Part shown: piece after piece, positions 29,984 through 41,050 of the stretch
Layout of the letters: the number at the start of each line of letters is the position of its first letter
Position numbering within the stretch: the stretch's first letter is position 1
NCBI GenBank assembly: GCA_947630105.1
Contig: CANRGD010000001.1
Coordinates: 5,749-69,748 of the forward strand
DNA from: an uncultured Bacilli bacterium
Lineage (GTDB): Bacteria > Bacillota_I > Bacilli_A > RF39 > UBA660
Direction of reading: 5' to 3'
Length of the DNA stretch: 64,000 nt
Program-made: the position numbers and the translations under genes
Notes under the pieces: model-generated
The model's input: the letters and a program-made list of their open reading frames with translations, nothing else
Database searches by the model: none
Told to the model about the DNA's origin: nothing

Positions 29984-31513
29984 CTAAAATTCAAATTTTT
30001 TTTTATCAATACGTTGAAATAATATTTTAGCTTCATTTAAATTATATTGAGTATCCTCTACATATTTAATATCTTTAACTGTAGTATTCAATTGTTCTAA
30101 AATATTTTTACTAGTATCTGGCATAAATGACTCCAATAAAATTGCACAAACTCTAATTGCTTCTAATAAATTGTATAATACAGTCTTCAATCTATCAACT
30201 TTTGCCTCATCTTTAGCCAAAATCCAAGGTGTTGTTTCATCAATATATTTATTACTAGCCCTTAAAACATTAAATATTTCTGTAATAGCATCACTAATTT
30301 GTAATTGATCCATTTTTTCACAAACTAAAGCATCAAGATTATTTATTTGTTTTATAAAATTCTTATCAACAGTCTCAATAACTTTAGAATTAGTAATGTT
30401 CCCATTAAAATACTTATGTCCCATTGAAATAGTTCTTTGTACAAGGTTACCTAAAACATTAGCAAGTTCACTATTTATTTTTTCAATCATCAGTTCATAA
30501 GAAATATTTCCATCGCTTGCAAAAGGAATCTCATGCAATAAATAAAATCTAACCGCATCAACTCCAAATTTATCAACTAAATCATCAGCATATATAATAT
30601 TTCCCTTAGATTTACTCATCTTATCTAAATTCATTAATAACCATGGATGTCCAAATACTTGTTTAGGCATTTCTAAATCTAAACTCATCAAAAAGCAAGG
30701 CCAATAAATAGTATGAAATCTAATTATATCTTTACCAATCAAATGTAAATCAGCTGGCCAACGATACTTAAACTCCTCAGTTGAAGAATCAAAATCAAAT
30801 CCTATATTTGTAATATAATTCGTAAGAGCATCCAACCACACATAAACAATATGCTTATCATCAAAATCTACAGGAATTCCCCATTTAAAAGAAGTTCTAG
30901 AAACACATAAATCTTGTAAACCTGGTTTAATAAAATTATTAATCATTTCATTTTTTCTAGCAACTGGTTGAATAAATTCAGGATGAGTTTCAATATAATT
31001 TTCTAATTTCTTTTGATATTTAGATAATTTAAAAAAATAAGCTTCTTCTTCCTTTGGTTGTACATCTCTTCCACAATCTGGACATTTTCCATCAACTAAT
31101 TGACTTTCTGTCCAAAAAGATTCGCATGGAATACAATATAATCCTTTATATTCTCCTTTATAAATATCTCCTTTATCATACATGTATTTAAAAATATGTT
31201 GAACAACTTTTTCATGAGTTTTATCCGTAGTTCGTACAAAATTATCATAACTTGTATTCATTAAATCCCATATATTTTTTATCATTGTAGATACTTCATC
31301 AACATATTCTTGAGGTGAAACGCCAGCTTCTTTTGCCTTTAATTCTATTTTTTCACCATGCTCATCTGTTCCTGTTTGAAAATATACATCATATCCTTGA
31401 AATCTTTTATATCTCGCAATAGCATCAGCTAACACTATTTCATAGGTATTACCAATATGCGGTTTTCCAGAAGTATAAGCAATTGCCGTAGAAATATAAT
31501 AACTTTTTTTCAT
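29984..31513 (-). CDS. metG: Methionine--tRNA ligase (short form)
   Basis: 509 aa; HIGN and KMSKSKGN motifs, CPDCG zinc knuckle. Confidence 0.95.
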   Translation of the reverse strand: MKKSYYISTAIAYTSGKPHIGNTYEIVLADAIARYKRFQGYDVYFQTGTDEHGEKIELKAKEAGVSPQEYVDEVSTMIKNIWDLMNTSYDNFVRTTDKTHEKVVQHIFKYMYDKGDIYKGEYKGLYCIPCESFWTESQLVDGKCPDCGRDVQPKEEEAYFFKLSKYQKKLENYIETHPEFIQPVARKNEMINNFIKPGLQDLCVSRTSFKWGIPVDFDDKHIVYVWLDALTNYITNIGFDFDSSTEEFKYRWPADLHLIGKDIIRFHTIYWPCFLMSLDLEMPKQVFGHPWLLMNLDKMSKSKGNIIYADDLVDKFGVDAVRFYLLHEIPFASDGNISYELMIEKINSELANVLGNLVQRTISMGHKYFNGNITNSKVIETVDKNFIKQINNLDALVCEKMDQLQISDAITEIFNVLRASNKYIDETTPWILAKDEAKVDRLKTVLYNLLEAIRVCAILLESFMPDTSKNILEQLNTTVKDIKYVEDTQYNLNEAKILFQRIDKKKFEF

Positions 31514-31519
31514 TTTACC

Positions 31520-31790
31520 CTCTCCTAAAAAAAGTTATTATAATATAAGGACGATTTACCGTGGTACCACCTTATTTTATAATAACTTGTATTATACACT
31601 ATTCTAGTTAACGCCTAGTAGCGATTATTCCTACATATCGAAATAATAGTTCAGAAGCCATATTTTATAATTATTTATTCTCATTTTCACCAACTTGAGA
31701 TCTCTTCTTCATAAAATTTAAATTATAAAACTCTTCATCAAAACTTTTAAATATTTAAAAATTTATACTATTAATATAACATAAGAACAC
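31520..31790 (-). promoter_or_regulatory. Putative T-box riboswitch leader of metG
   Basis: Minus-strand sequence AAGGUGGUACCACGG (31559-31573) matches the conserved T-box motif AGGGUGGNACCGCG. A U-run follows immediately before the metG RBS, and the leader is ~270 nt long. Confidence 0.5.
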
Positions 31791-32321
31791 CTATTCTTCA
31801 ACTATTTTACAAAAAAATTTCGTAACAAGTTCAACAAGTTTTTCTTCTTTTTCGTTAACTTGATTTTTTTCTGAAAAAATTATAACTAACCCAATAATAT
31901 CACTATTAACATTAATTGGACTAATTACATATGAATATCTTTCAAATATATCTTTACCAAATTCTACTTCTACAAATGAATTTTCTATAATTCTTTTTCT
32001 ATCACACATAGTTTTTTCTAAAAAAGATGATATTTTTTTGTTAAACAAGTTACTTCTATTTTTATTACTAATAGCAACTATTTTATCTCGATCTGTAATT
32101 AATATATTAACTCCAAAAACACAATTAATAGTATCAACAATTATATTTGATAATTCCAAAAAATTAGAAAAACTCGAATATTTTTTTAAAACTATCAAAT
32201 CATCATCCTTCAATATTTCTACTTGTTCTCCCGCTTTTATTCCCAATGTTCTTCTTATTTCTTTAGGTATAACAATTCTTCCTAATTCATCAATTCTTCT
32301 AACAACACCTGTTGATTTCAT
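31791..32321 (-). CDS. spoVT: Stage V sporulation protein T (AbrB-type N-terminal DNA-binding domain plus GAF domain)
   Basis: MKSTGVVRRIDELGRIVIPKEIRRTLGIKAGEQVEI matches the SpoVT/AbrB swapped-hairpin domain; the C-terminal region looks like a GAF domain; sits adjacent to mfd as in Bacillus. Confidence 0.8.
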   Translation of the reverse strand: MKSTGVVRRIDELGRIVIPKEIRRTLGIKAGEQVEILKDDDLIVLKKYSSFSNFLELSNIIVDTINCVFGVNILITDRDKIVAISNKNRSNLFNKKISSFLEKTMCDRKRIIENSFVEVEFGKDIFERYSYVISPINVNSDIIGLVIIFSEKNQVNEKEEKLVELVTKFFCKIVEE

Positions 32322-32378
32322 AACAACTTTCCTCTCCTTCTACTATACTTAGTTTGGAAAAAGAAACTAGTTTTATAC

Positions 32379-33035
32379 CTATTTATCTAAATCACTATTT
32401 AATAATCTTGAATTTGTTAAAGTAAATAAATATCTTTCTGCTTGCTCTTTAACACTATTAATCAAAGTAGTATCTTTAACTAAAACCTTAATATCAAAAT
32501 TATCTATTAAATTTTTTTGATAATTTCCATTTAAAAATTTAATAATTTCAGTTTTCTGTTTAATAATATCAGCAGAATCTTTAAAAATATCTTCAATATT
32601 AGTAATTAGTATCTCAGAAATAGACTCTTTTAATTGATTTTTTAATATTTTCTTTAATTTTTTATTAATTTCATTAAAATCTTTTTTATTTATTTTAATA
32701 ACATCAGTTACTTTTGATACTTCAAAGTTATTTACTTTATCTATTAAAAATTTCTCACGAACATTTTTTATTTCTTCATAACATTTAGAAACATCCTTTC
32801 TATATAAATTCAAGGTTTTATCTAATAATTCTGCATTTAAAATCATTTTATTTTTTTTAGCTACATCTAAAAATTTACTTTTTATAATATCCATAGAATC
32901 AAGAGGTGGTTTCTTTATTAAAGATGATATATCTTCATAAATTAAAATATTAGTATTATTTTTAATATTTTCTATAATAGCTTTTTTATAGTTTTCAACA
33001 TGCTGAATTTTAAATTTTTCTAATGTCTCGTTCAT
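32379..33035 (-). CDS. Hypothetical K/N-rich protein between mfd and spoVT
   Basis: 218 aa ORF with no recognisable motifs. Confidence 0.3.
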   Translation of the reverse strand: MNETLEKFKIQHVENYKKAIIENIKNNTNILIYEDISSLIKKPPLDSMDIIKSKFLDVAKKNKMILNAELLDKTLNLYRKDVSKCYEEIKNVREKFLIDKVNNFEVSKVTDVIKINKKDFNEINKKLKKILKNQLKESISEILITNIEDIFKDSADIIKQKTEIIKFLNGNYQKNLIDNFDIKVLVKDTTLINSVKEQAERYLFTLTNSRLLNSDLDK

Positions 33036-33079
33036 AGAATCCTCCTAGTATTAATTTTAATTTAACAAGCAATAATGAT

Positions 33080-36000
33080 TTAGTCAATAAACTTTCCAAA
33101 TTTATTATAAATTTTATCTAATAATTCTACTAAATAATAAATTGGATGTTTATCTAATTTTATAGTGTCTAAAACAATAACCATTTTGTTTTCTTTACTT
33201 ATAAAACGAAACATATTAGTAATATAAAAAGCATCCATAAAAATTTCTTCAGTATTTAATTTTTCAACAACATTTTGTGGAAAAATCATTTCTATATAAT
33301 TTTTTGTTTGTCTAACTTTTTCTATCTTTAAATTACTTGCTAGTTTTTCAAACCATTCTTCATACATATAAATTATTAAATCTTCATTTATTTTCCCAAA
33401 TCTATCTTCTAATTCGTATTTAATTTTCTCAAAAGAAGTTTTTGAATCTACTTCATTTATCATCCTATGAATATCAATTTTCAATTCATCTTCTGAAACA
33501 TAAGAATCATCTATATGAGTCGTAACACTAATTAAAGGTTGAGAATTTTCATTTATGTTTTCTTCTAAAGTCATATCTAGATTTTTTTTCTTACTTACTT
33601 CTTCATTTAACATTTTTAAATATAAATCAATTCCAACTGAATCAATAAAGCCTGCTTGCTCACTACCTAAAATATCTCCAGCCCCTCGTATTGATAAATC
33701 TCTAGTTGCTATAGAAAATCCACTACCTAATTCAGTAAATTCTTTAATAACATTCAATCGCTTAATAGCCGTTTCTGTCAAAACTTTATAAGGTTGATAA
33801 AAAAGGTAAGCATAGGCAAATTTGTCACTTCTACCAACTCTTCCTCTAATTTGATACAACTGACTTAACCCAAATTTATCAGCATCCATAATAATTAAAG
33901 TATTAACATTTGGTATATCTATACCAGTTTCAATAATTGTAGTACAAACTAAAATATCATATCTATAATTAATAAAATCAAATATTCTACTTTCTAATTC
34001 ATTTTTATTCATTTGACCATGAACAATAGTTATTCTTGCATCAGGAACCAAATTCTTAATCCTATTACCTGCTTCCTCTATTGATTGCACACGATTATAT
34101 AATATAAAAATTTGCCCATTACGTGACATTTCTTTATAAATTGCATCTTTTAAAATTTGATTATTCTCTTCTATTACATAAGTTTGTACAGGATATCTAT
34201 TACTTGGTGGAGTTTCTATTAAAGAAAGACTTCTAATTCCCACCAAAGACATTTGCAGCGTTCTAGGAATTGGAGTTGCCGTTAAAGTCAAAACATCTAC
34301 ATTTGTTTTATATTGCTTTATTTTTTCTTTATGCATTACCCCAAATCTTTGTTCCTCATCAATTATTAATAATCCCAAATCTTTTAAAATTATGTCATCA
34401 CTTAACAATCTATGAGTACCAAAAATTAAATCAATTGTTCCGCTTTTTAAACCTTCTAATATTCTCTTAGTTTCTTTAGGACTTGTAAATCGGTTAATTA
34501 AAGCAATTGAAACAGGAAAATTTTTAAATCGTTCCTTGGCATTTTCATAATGTTGATTTGACAAAATAGTAGTTGGACATAAAAATAAAACTTGCTTTGA
34601 ATCTAAAATTGCCTTAAAAGCAGCAACAAAAGCTACTTCTGTTTTTCCAAATCCTACATCTCCACATAATAATCTATCCATAGGAATTGGTTTTTCCATA
34701 TCTTCTTTAATACTTTTTATAGCTTGAATCTGATCTGAAGTAAGTTCATAAGGAAAATCACTTTCAAAATCATGTAACATATCACAATCCTTTGAAAAAG
34801 CAAAACCTTTTTTAGATTCTCTTTCTGCATACAAGGCTAAAAGTTTATCTGCCATATCAGTTACCTTTTTTCTAACCCTAGCCTTCGTTTTTTGCCATTC
34901 TAATCCACCCAATTTATTAATTTTAGGTACTAACCCATCTTTACCCGAATATTTACTAAGTAAATCTATTTTTTCAACAGGAATATATATTTTATCAGTA
35001 CCTTGATATAAAACTTCAAGATAATCTTTACTAATATCATTCAAAGTTAAATTTTTAATTCCATTATAAATACCTATTCCATGGACATTATGAACAACAT
35101 AATCTCCAATTGATAATTTATCAATATCTTTAATAGCTGTAGTATATTTAAACCTAGTATTATATTTTTTAGTATGTTCTTTAATATTAAACAATTCTTG
35201 AGCTGTCAAAATAACAATATTTTTATAACTAAATCCCTTATTTAAAGGTACCTTAATTAAATTTACTTCATTTTCTTTAATATGATTAAAATCAGTTTCC
35301 ACTACTTTCATATTTAATTTCTTCAAAATAGTTTTTAATTGATATTCCTTTAAACAAATACATATCGTTTTATTATTATTTAATTCATCTCTTATATATT
35401 TATTTATAGCTTCAACATTTTCAACTAAATTGCCAATAGATTTTACATTAAAATCTATGCTAGAATTAATATTTTTATTGCTTATTATATTATTAATTGA
35501 CATATAATAAACTGGAAAATCAACTACTAACTTATAAAAATCAAACATATAATTGCCCAAATAATTAATGTCTTTTGAAGTTTTATAAGAAAAAACATCT
35601 TCCATTATTTTAGAATAGCTTACTTCCAATTGATCATAATCTTTAAAAAATGTATAAGGATTCTCTAAATACTCCCCTATATTCATTACTTTTTCAAAAT
35701 CCGGTAAATATTTTTGTTTTCCAAATTTTTCATCATCAACTTTAGTTGAAGTTAAAAACTCAAAATAAGGTTTAATAACCACTTTTTCGATGTTTTTTAT
35801 AGATTTTTGAGTATCTGGATCAAAATATCTTATTGATTCAATTTCATCATCAAAAAATTCTATTCTAAAAGGATATTCTTCATCAACTGCAAAAATATCA
35901 ATTATATATCCTCTAACACCTATTTCTCCTGTTTTATTAACTAAAGTATCCCTAACATAACCACTAGCCAATAATTTTTCAATTAAGAAAGAAGGTTTAA

Positions 36001-36409
36001 CTATATCTCCAACCTTATATTTTAAAATAAAATTTTCATATGTTTTTTTATTTGGTAAATATCTTAAATAACCCATCAAATTTGTAATTATTATTGATTT
36101 ATCATTTTCCAATATTTTATTTAATGTTTCTAATCTTGTAATTTGCAAATCAGGAGAAATAGCCAAAGCCTCACTAGTTAAAAAATCATCCATTGGAAAT
36201 AAATATACTTTATCATTATATAAAGAAATGTTTGAATAAATTTGATTAGCTTCATATAAACTATTAACAACAACTAAAATGTTTTTATCATTTTCTATAA
36301 AAATTTTATTTAAACAAACACAAAAAAATTCATCGGTAAGCCCCATCATACCCATGTCTTTACTTAAATTAAATTCAATAAAATCATTTAAACGTTTCAA
36401 CTTTATCAC
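33080..36409 (-). CDS. mfd: Transcription-repair coupling factor
   Basis: 1109 aa; UvrB-homology region, superfamily-2 helicase motifs (GDVGFGKTEVA, DEEQRFG), TRCF domain. Confidence 0.95.
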   Translation of the reverse strand: MIKLKRLNDFIEFNLSKDMGMMGLTDEFFCVCLNKIFIENDKNILVVVNSLYEANQIYSNISLYNDKVYLFPMDDFLTSEALAISPDLQITRLETLNKILENDKSIIITNLMGYLRYLPNKKTYENFILKYKVGDIVKPSFLIEKLLASGYVRDTLVNKTGEIGVRGYIIDIFAVDEEYPFRIEFFDDEIESIRYFDPDTQKSIKNIEKVVIKPYFEFLTSTKVDDEKFGKQKYLPDFEKVMNIGEYLENPYTFFKDYDQLEVSYSKIMEDVFSYKTSKDINYLGNYMFDFYKLVVDFPVYYMSINNIISNKNINSSIDFNVKSIGNLVENVEAINKYIRDELNNNKTICICLKEYQLKTILKKLNMKVVETDFNHIKENEVNLIKVPLNKGFSYKNIVILTAQELFNIKEHTKKYNTRFKYTTAIKDIDKLSIGDYVVHNVHGIGIYNGIKNLTLNDISKDYLEVLYQGTDKIYIPVEKIDLLSKYSGKDGLVPKINKLGGLEWQKTKARVRKKVTDMADKLLALYAERESKKGFAFSKDCDMLHDFESDFPYELTSDQIQAIKSIKEDMEKPIPMDRLLCGDVGFGKTEVAFVAAFKAILDSKQVLFLCPTTILSNQHYENAKERFKNFPVSIALINRFTSPKETKRILEGLKSGTIDLIFGTHRLLSDDIILKDLGLLIIDEEQRFGVMHKEKIKQYKTNVDVLTLTATPIPRTLQMSLVGIRSLSLIETPPSNRYPVQTYVIEENNQILKDAIYKEMSRNGQIFILYNRVQSIEEAGNRIKNLVPDARITIVHGQMNKNELESRIFDFINYRYDILVCTTIIETGIDIPNVNTLIIMDADKFGLSQLYQIRGRVGRSDKFAYAYLFYQPYKVLTETAIKRLNVIKEFTELGSGFSIATRDLSIRGAGDILGSEQAGFIDSVGIDLYLKMLNEEVSKKKNLDMTLEENINENSQPLISVTTHIDDSYVSEDELKIDIHRMINEVDSKTSFEKIKYELEDRFGKINEDLIIYMYEEWFEKLASNLKIEKVRQTKNYIEMIFPQNVVEKLNTEEIFMDAFYITNMFRFISKENKMVIVLDTIKLDKHPIYYLVELLDKIYNKFGKFID

Positions 36410-36975
36410 CTGTTTTTTTGATTATATTTATTCATTAATTGATCAAAAGGTAATTTAAAATAATCATCTAACACTTTTTCAATTACAGAAAATAATTCCT
36501 CCAACTTATTTTTTTCTTCAGTTGAAAATTTACCTAAAACATAATCCTTAGTTTCAATATTTTTATTATTAGAAATACCTATTTTCAAACGTTTATATTC
36601 TGAAGTTTGTAAATTATGTTCAATATTTTTTAATCCATTATGTCCTCCACTAGAACCTCGATTTTTTAACTTAAAATTACCAATATTTAAATCCAAATCA
36701 TCAGAAATAATTAAAATATCATTAATATCAATTTTAAAATAATCTACAAATTTTTTTACAACTTCACCAGATAAATTCATAAATGATTGAGGCTTCAAAA
36801 ATATAATATTTTCATTAAATAATTTGCATTGACAATAAAAACTATTAAATTTTTTTGTCCATGCAAATTCACATTTTTTATATTTTAAGTATTTGTCTAT
36901 TATTAAAAAACCAATATTATGTCTAGTATTTTCATATTCTTCTCCTGGATTACCTAAACCAACTATCAATTTCAT
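36406..36975 (-). CDS. pth: Peptidyl-tRNA hydrolase
   Basis: MKLIVGLGNPG...TRHNIGF. Confidence 0.9.
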   Translation of the reverse strand: MKLIVGLGNPGEEYENTRHNIGFLIIDKYLKYKKCEFAWTKKFNSFYCQCKLFNENIIFLKPQSFMNLSGEVVKKFVDYFKIDINDILIISDDLDLNIGNFKLKNRGSSGGHNGLKNIEHNLQTSEYKRLKIGISNNKNIETKDYVLGKFSTEEKNKLEELFSVIEKVLDDYFKLPFDQLMNKYNQKNR

Positions 36976-37014
36976 ATTTTTATCTCCTAATTACCTAATA
37001 TCACAAGTAATCAT

Positions 37015-37854
37015 TTATTTTTGCTTATGATATTCTTTATATATAATAGATTTTGCTACATTTCGTTCCTTAGCTACTAATTTTATTGCCTCATTCGCAG
37101 ATAAACCATCATCCATATAAATTTTTATATGTTCATTTATACCCAAATCACTATAATCAACATTGTCTTTATTACCTTCAACAACTATAACAATTTCACC
37201 TTTCATATTATCAGTTTTATTTAATAAATTGCTTATATTATCGTGATAAATTTCTTCATGAACTTTAGAAATTTCTCTACTAATTGAAATATATCTATTT
37301 CCAAAAATATCCAACATATTTTCTAATGTATTTTTTATTCGATGAGGAGATTCATAAAAAATCATTGTATATTTAAAATTTTGTAAAGATAATAATTCTT
37401 TTCTTTGTTTAGTATCTTTTGCATTTAAAAAACCATAAAACAAAAATCTACTAGGATCTATTCCAGCCGAAGTTAATGCTGGTACAAAAGCAGTAGCACC
37501 AGGTAAACTAATTACATTAAATCCATTCTTTATAACTTCTTTAACAATAATATAACCAGGATCACTTATAATTGGAGTCCCCTGATCAGTAACTAATCCT
37601 ATATTTTTGCCACTTTGTAATTTTTCTATTACCATTTTCTTTATTTTTTCTTCATTATGTTCATGACAACTAATTAAATTTTTCTTTAAATTAAAACAAT
37701 TTAAAAGTTTACTTGTTTCTCTCGTATCTTCACATAAAATAAAATCAACAGACTTTAATATTTCTAAAGAACGTTTTGTTATATCATCTAAATTACCTAT
37801 AGGAGTTGGAATTAAATATAAACTTGGACTATTATCATAACTTATTTGACTCAT
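37015..37854 (-). CDS. rsmI: 16S rRNA (cytidine1402-2'-O)-methyltransferase
   Basis: LYLIPTPIGNLDDIT...ILCEDTR tetrapyrrole-methylase-fold motifs. Confidence 0.9.
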   Translation of the reverse strand: MSQISYDNSPSLYLIPTPIGNLDDITKRSLEILKSVDFILCEDTRETSKLLNCFNLKKNLISCHEHNEEKIKKMVIEKLQSGKNIGLVTDQGTPIISDPGYIIVKEVIKNGFNVISLPGATAFVPALTSAGIDPSRFLFYGFLNAKDTKQRKELLSLQNFKYTMIFYESPHRIKNTLENMLDIFGNRYISISREISKVHEEIYHDNISNLLNKTDNMKGEIVIVVEGNKDNVDYSDLGINEHIKIYMDDGLSANEAIKLVAKERNVAKSIIYKEYHKQK

Positions 37855-38585
37855 TTAGATACCTCCATCAATAATTTTTCATATTCATAAGAATTAGTTC
37901 CATCCAAATTTTTAAGTATAAAAGGTTTTTCAATTTTTAAGCCAACTTTACCATTTAATTGACCCTCAATTAATACTAAATTTGATGGTTTCTCAATATT
38001 TTCATAAACAAATTGAATTCTTTTTGGCTCGATATTATTTTTATGAAATTCATTAATAATCTCAATTAATCGATCAGTTCTATGAACCATACAAAAATTT
38101 CCATCACTTTTTAATATTTTTTTTGCACAACCTAATAATTCACTTAAAGTTAATTCAATTTCATGTCGAGCTATTAATTTTTGCTTACTTAAATTAAAAA
38201 AATTTTTGTATTCATTTACCTTAAAAAAAGGAGGATTACAAACTACCAAATCAAATTTATTTAAATTTTTTCCAGTTGCAAAATTTTTAATATTTTCATT
38301 TAAAATTATTATTTTATCTTCCAATTTATTATACTTAACTGATTTTATAGCTAAATCACTCAATTCTTTTTGCAACTCAACACCAATAATTTTTTCAGAA
38401 GTCCTTAAAGACATAATTAATGGTATTACTCCATTTCCACTACCTAAATCTACAATATTTTTATCTCTTTTTCTTATAGTTGCAAAATTAGCTAACATAA
38501 TACTATCCAATGAAAATGAAAAATAATCTAAATTTTGATATATTTTTCTATTTTTATATCCTAAAATATCATTTAATACTACCAC
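37851..38585 (-). CDS. N6-adenine-specific SAM methyltransferase, YabB-family (tRNA m6A37 methyltransferase-like)
   Basis: VDLGSGNGVI SAM-binding motif and NPPF catalytic motif. Confidence 0.7.
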   Translation of the reverse strand: MVVLNDILGYKNRKIYQNLDYFSFSLDSIMLANFATIRKRDKNIVDLGSGNGVIPLIMSLRTSEKIIGVELQKELSDLAIKSVKYNKLEDKIIILNENIKNFATGKNLNKFDLVVCNPPFFKVNEYKNFFNLSKQKLIARHEIELTLSELLGCAKKILKSDGNFCMVHRTDRLIEIINEFHKNNIEPKRIQFVYENIEKPSNLVLIEGQLNGKVGLKIEKPFILKNLDGTNSYEYEKLLMEVSK

Positions 38586-38587
38586 TA

Positions 38588-39406
38588 TTAATCTTCCTTT
38601 GAAAGTTCAATAATTTCTTGATTTTTTAATTCAACTTTATAAGTTTTTCTAAAAATATCAACATCAATAACTTTTCCAATTCCCATCGGAGTATCAGTAT
38701 TAAATCCTAAACTTGGCATATCACTTTTAAGATTAGTGTAAGTATCATTTTCATATCCCAAACAACATAATAATCGCCCACAAACACCATTTATTTTTGA
38801 TGGATTTAAAGCTAAATATTGATTTTTTGCCATATTTATAGAAACACTACTAAAATCAGTTAAAAATGAATTACAACATAAGAATAATCCACAAGGTCCA
38901 AGTCCACCTATTCTTTTTGCCTTATCGCGAACACCTATTTGTCTTAATTCAATCCTAGTTTTATATTTTTGAGCTATTTTTTTTGCCAAATCCCGAAAAT
39001 CTACTCTATTTTCTGCCAAAAAAGAAAAAATAAGTTGAGATTTATCAAAATTATAAAAAGCATCTACAAAATTCATTTCTAAATTAAGACTATTGCTAGA
39101 CTTTTTCGCATATTTCAAAGCTTTTTCAGCAATAATCTGATTTTCATTATACTTATTTACATCATCTTGAGTACATTTTCTAATAACCTTATCTAAAGGT
39201 AAAAGCAAATTTTCCTTTTTTTCTTTATAATTCTCCTTTATAACATGAGCTATACATATTCCATTTTCTGTATTTATTAAAATTTTATCACCTTTTTTTA
39301 AATCCCATTCTCCAGGAGATAAATAATAAATATTCTTTGTATCTTTTACAGCTGCTACAATTACTTCAATCATACTTACCCTCCTATTAATTGTGCAAAC
39401 AAACAA
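38588..39406 (-). CDS. ricT: PSP1-domain protein RicT/YaaT
   Basis: 272 aa; PSP1 C-terminal cysteines (GGLGPCGLFLCC...GVCGRLLCC). Confidence 0.75.
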   Translation of the reverse strand: MFVCTINRRVSMIEVIVAAVKDTKNIYYLSPGEWDLKKGDKILINTENGICIAHVIKENYKEKKENLLLPLDKVIRKCTQDDVNKYNENQIIAEKALKYAKKSSNSLNLEMNFVDAFYNFDKSQLIFSFLAENRVDFRDLAKKIAQKYKTRIELRQIGVRDKAKRIGGLGPCGLFLCCNSFLTDFSSVSINMAKNQYLALNPSKINGVCGRLLCCLGYENDTYTNLKSDMPSLGFNTDTPMGIGKVIDVDIFRKTYKVELKNQEIIELSKED

Positions 39407-40215
39407 TCAAGCCATAATTTATAATTAACATTATACACTAATTTTTGTAATTCATTTTCAATAATTATAATATAATTAATTATAGAATTTATATTTATAT
39501 CTTTTAAAATATTACTTATTTCTAAAGAACAACATTTTTGTTTATCAGCTAATGAATTTACATAAAGCATTAATATATGTTCTACTTGATTCAACAAATC
39601 TTTAGCACATTGCTTATCGGGTAATAAAAATTCAATAATTTCATTATAATTTATAAATAACTCATCTTTTTTAGAAATATATTGTAAAATTTTTACTGCT
39701 TCATTTGAAAAATCATTAGTTTTTCCATTATGAATAGATAAAATTTGACAGCGTGAAAGTATTGTATTCATAACTTGATATCTATTTTTTGTTACTAATA
39801 TTGCAATAATTCCATCCTCAGGTTCCTCTAAAAATTTAAGAATTGTATTTGCAGAAGAACCATTTAATTTTTCGGCTTCTTTTATAACATAAATTCTAAG
39901 ATTATTTAATAGTGACTTATTACTATATTCACTTTGTAATTCTAATAATTGACTTTTTTTAATCCATTGCCCAGTTGGTTCAATAATTTTTAAATCTGGA
40001 TAAGTATTATTATCTATAGCCTTACATAAATAATTTTCTTTTAAATCATTAAATTTACATTTACAAAAAAGCATTTTTATAAAATCTAAAATACATTGAA
40101 AATCACAATCATAATCATCAATTTCTATTAAATATGCATGAGATATTTTTTCAGTTTCTATAAATTTATCCACAACATTAAAAAAATTAATTTTACCACT
40201 AGACAACTCTTCCAT
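39376..40215 (-). CDS. holB: DNA polymerase III delta' subunit
   Basis: HAYLI, LKFLEEP and SRCQ motifs; synteny with B. subtilis holB-yaaT. Confidence 0.7.
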   Translation of the reverse strand: MEELSSGKINFFNVVDKFIETEKISHAYLIEIDDYDCDFQCILDFIKMLFCKCKFNDLKENYLCKAIDNNTYPDLKIIEPTGQWIKKSQLLELQSEYSNKSLLNNLRIYVIKEAEKLNGSSANTILKFLEEPEDGIIAILVTKNRYQVMNTILSRCQILSIHNGKTNDFSNEAVKILQYISKKDELFINYNEIIEFLLPDKQCAKDLLNQVEHILMLYVNSLADKQKCCSLEISNILKDININSIINYIIIIENELQKLVYNVNYKLWLDCLFAQLIGG

Positions 40216-40225
40216 TAAATCAACC

Positions 40226-40411
40226 TCAAATCAACAACAATTTAAAAAGTACCAAAGCAAATAAACCAGGAGCTCCTAAAATAAAAGTAAAAGCAATAGT
40301 AAAAATATTAAATGGAACCATCATATTAAAATTTACTGCAATTACATTATACCCATATAATATAAAAGCACTTACAATAAATCTTTTAAATAATTTCATA
40401 AAATTCTTCAT
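40226..40411 (-). CDS. bofA: Pro-sigma-K processing inhibitor BofA (short form)
   Basis: C-terminus MVPFNIFTIAFTFILGAPGLFALVLFKLL aligns with B. subtilis BofA HVPINLVTTAISGILGIPGIAALVVIKQF; located between recR and holB as in Bacillus. Confidence 0.55.
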   Translation of the reverse strand: MKNFMKLFKRFIVSAFILYGYNVIAVNFNMMVPFNIFTIAFTFILGAPGLFALVLFKLLLI

Positions 40412-40450
40412 AAAAATCTCCTTTATATAGAGTATGAAAAATTTTTATTA

Positions 40451-41047
40451 TTATTCTATTTCTTTTCGATCAGCTAAAGCTCTTTCTAATGTTAAACTAT
40501 CTAAATATTCTATATCAGCACCCATAGGAACTCCACTTGCTAATCTAGAAAATTTAATATTCATACCTTCTAATATTTTTTTGATATATAAAGACGTAGT
40601 TTCTCCCTCAATACTTGGTCTAAAAGCAAAAATAATTTCCTTATATTTTTCTTTAGTAATCCTATCAATTAATTTATCAATTCCAACATCTTCTGGATTA
40701 ATACCATCTAATGGCGAAATTAATCCATTAAGGACATGATATTTACCATGAAACACTCCCATTTTTTCAAACAAAAAAATATTTTTCGACTCATCAACAA
40801 CACATAGAATATTATTATCTCTTAGTTTATCAATACAAATATAACATTCTTCATTTTCTGTTAATGCATTACATATTTTACATTTATGAATTTTATTTTT
40901 TAGATTAATAATACTATTAGAAAAAAATTCAGTCTGCTCCTCCTCCAAATTTAAAACAGAAAAAGCTAAACGTTCAGCCGTTTTTTCTCCAATACCTGGT
41001 AAAAATTTAAATGCCTCAATTAAATTTTTAAGACTTTCCGGATACAT
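40451..41047 (-). CDS. recR: Recombination protein RecR
   Basis: HhH, C4 zinc finger CKIC...CYIC, Toprim domain. Confidence 0.9.
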   Translation of the reverse strand: MYPESLKNLIEAFKFLPGIGEKTAERLAFSVLNLEEEQTEFFSNSIINLKNKIHKCKICNALTENEECYICIDKLRDNNILCVVDESKNIFLFEKMGVFHGKYHVLNGLISPLDGINPEDVGIDKLIDRITKEKYKEIIFAFRPSIEGETTSLYIKKILEGMNIKFSRLASGVPMGADIEYLDSLTLERALADRKEIE

Positions 41048-41050
41048 ATT

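Noticed and set aside
40434-40739. 101-aa plus-strand ORF
   Set aside because: It is antisense within recR.
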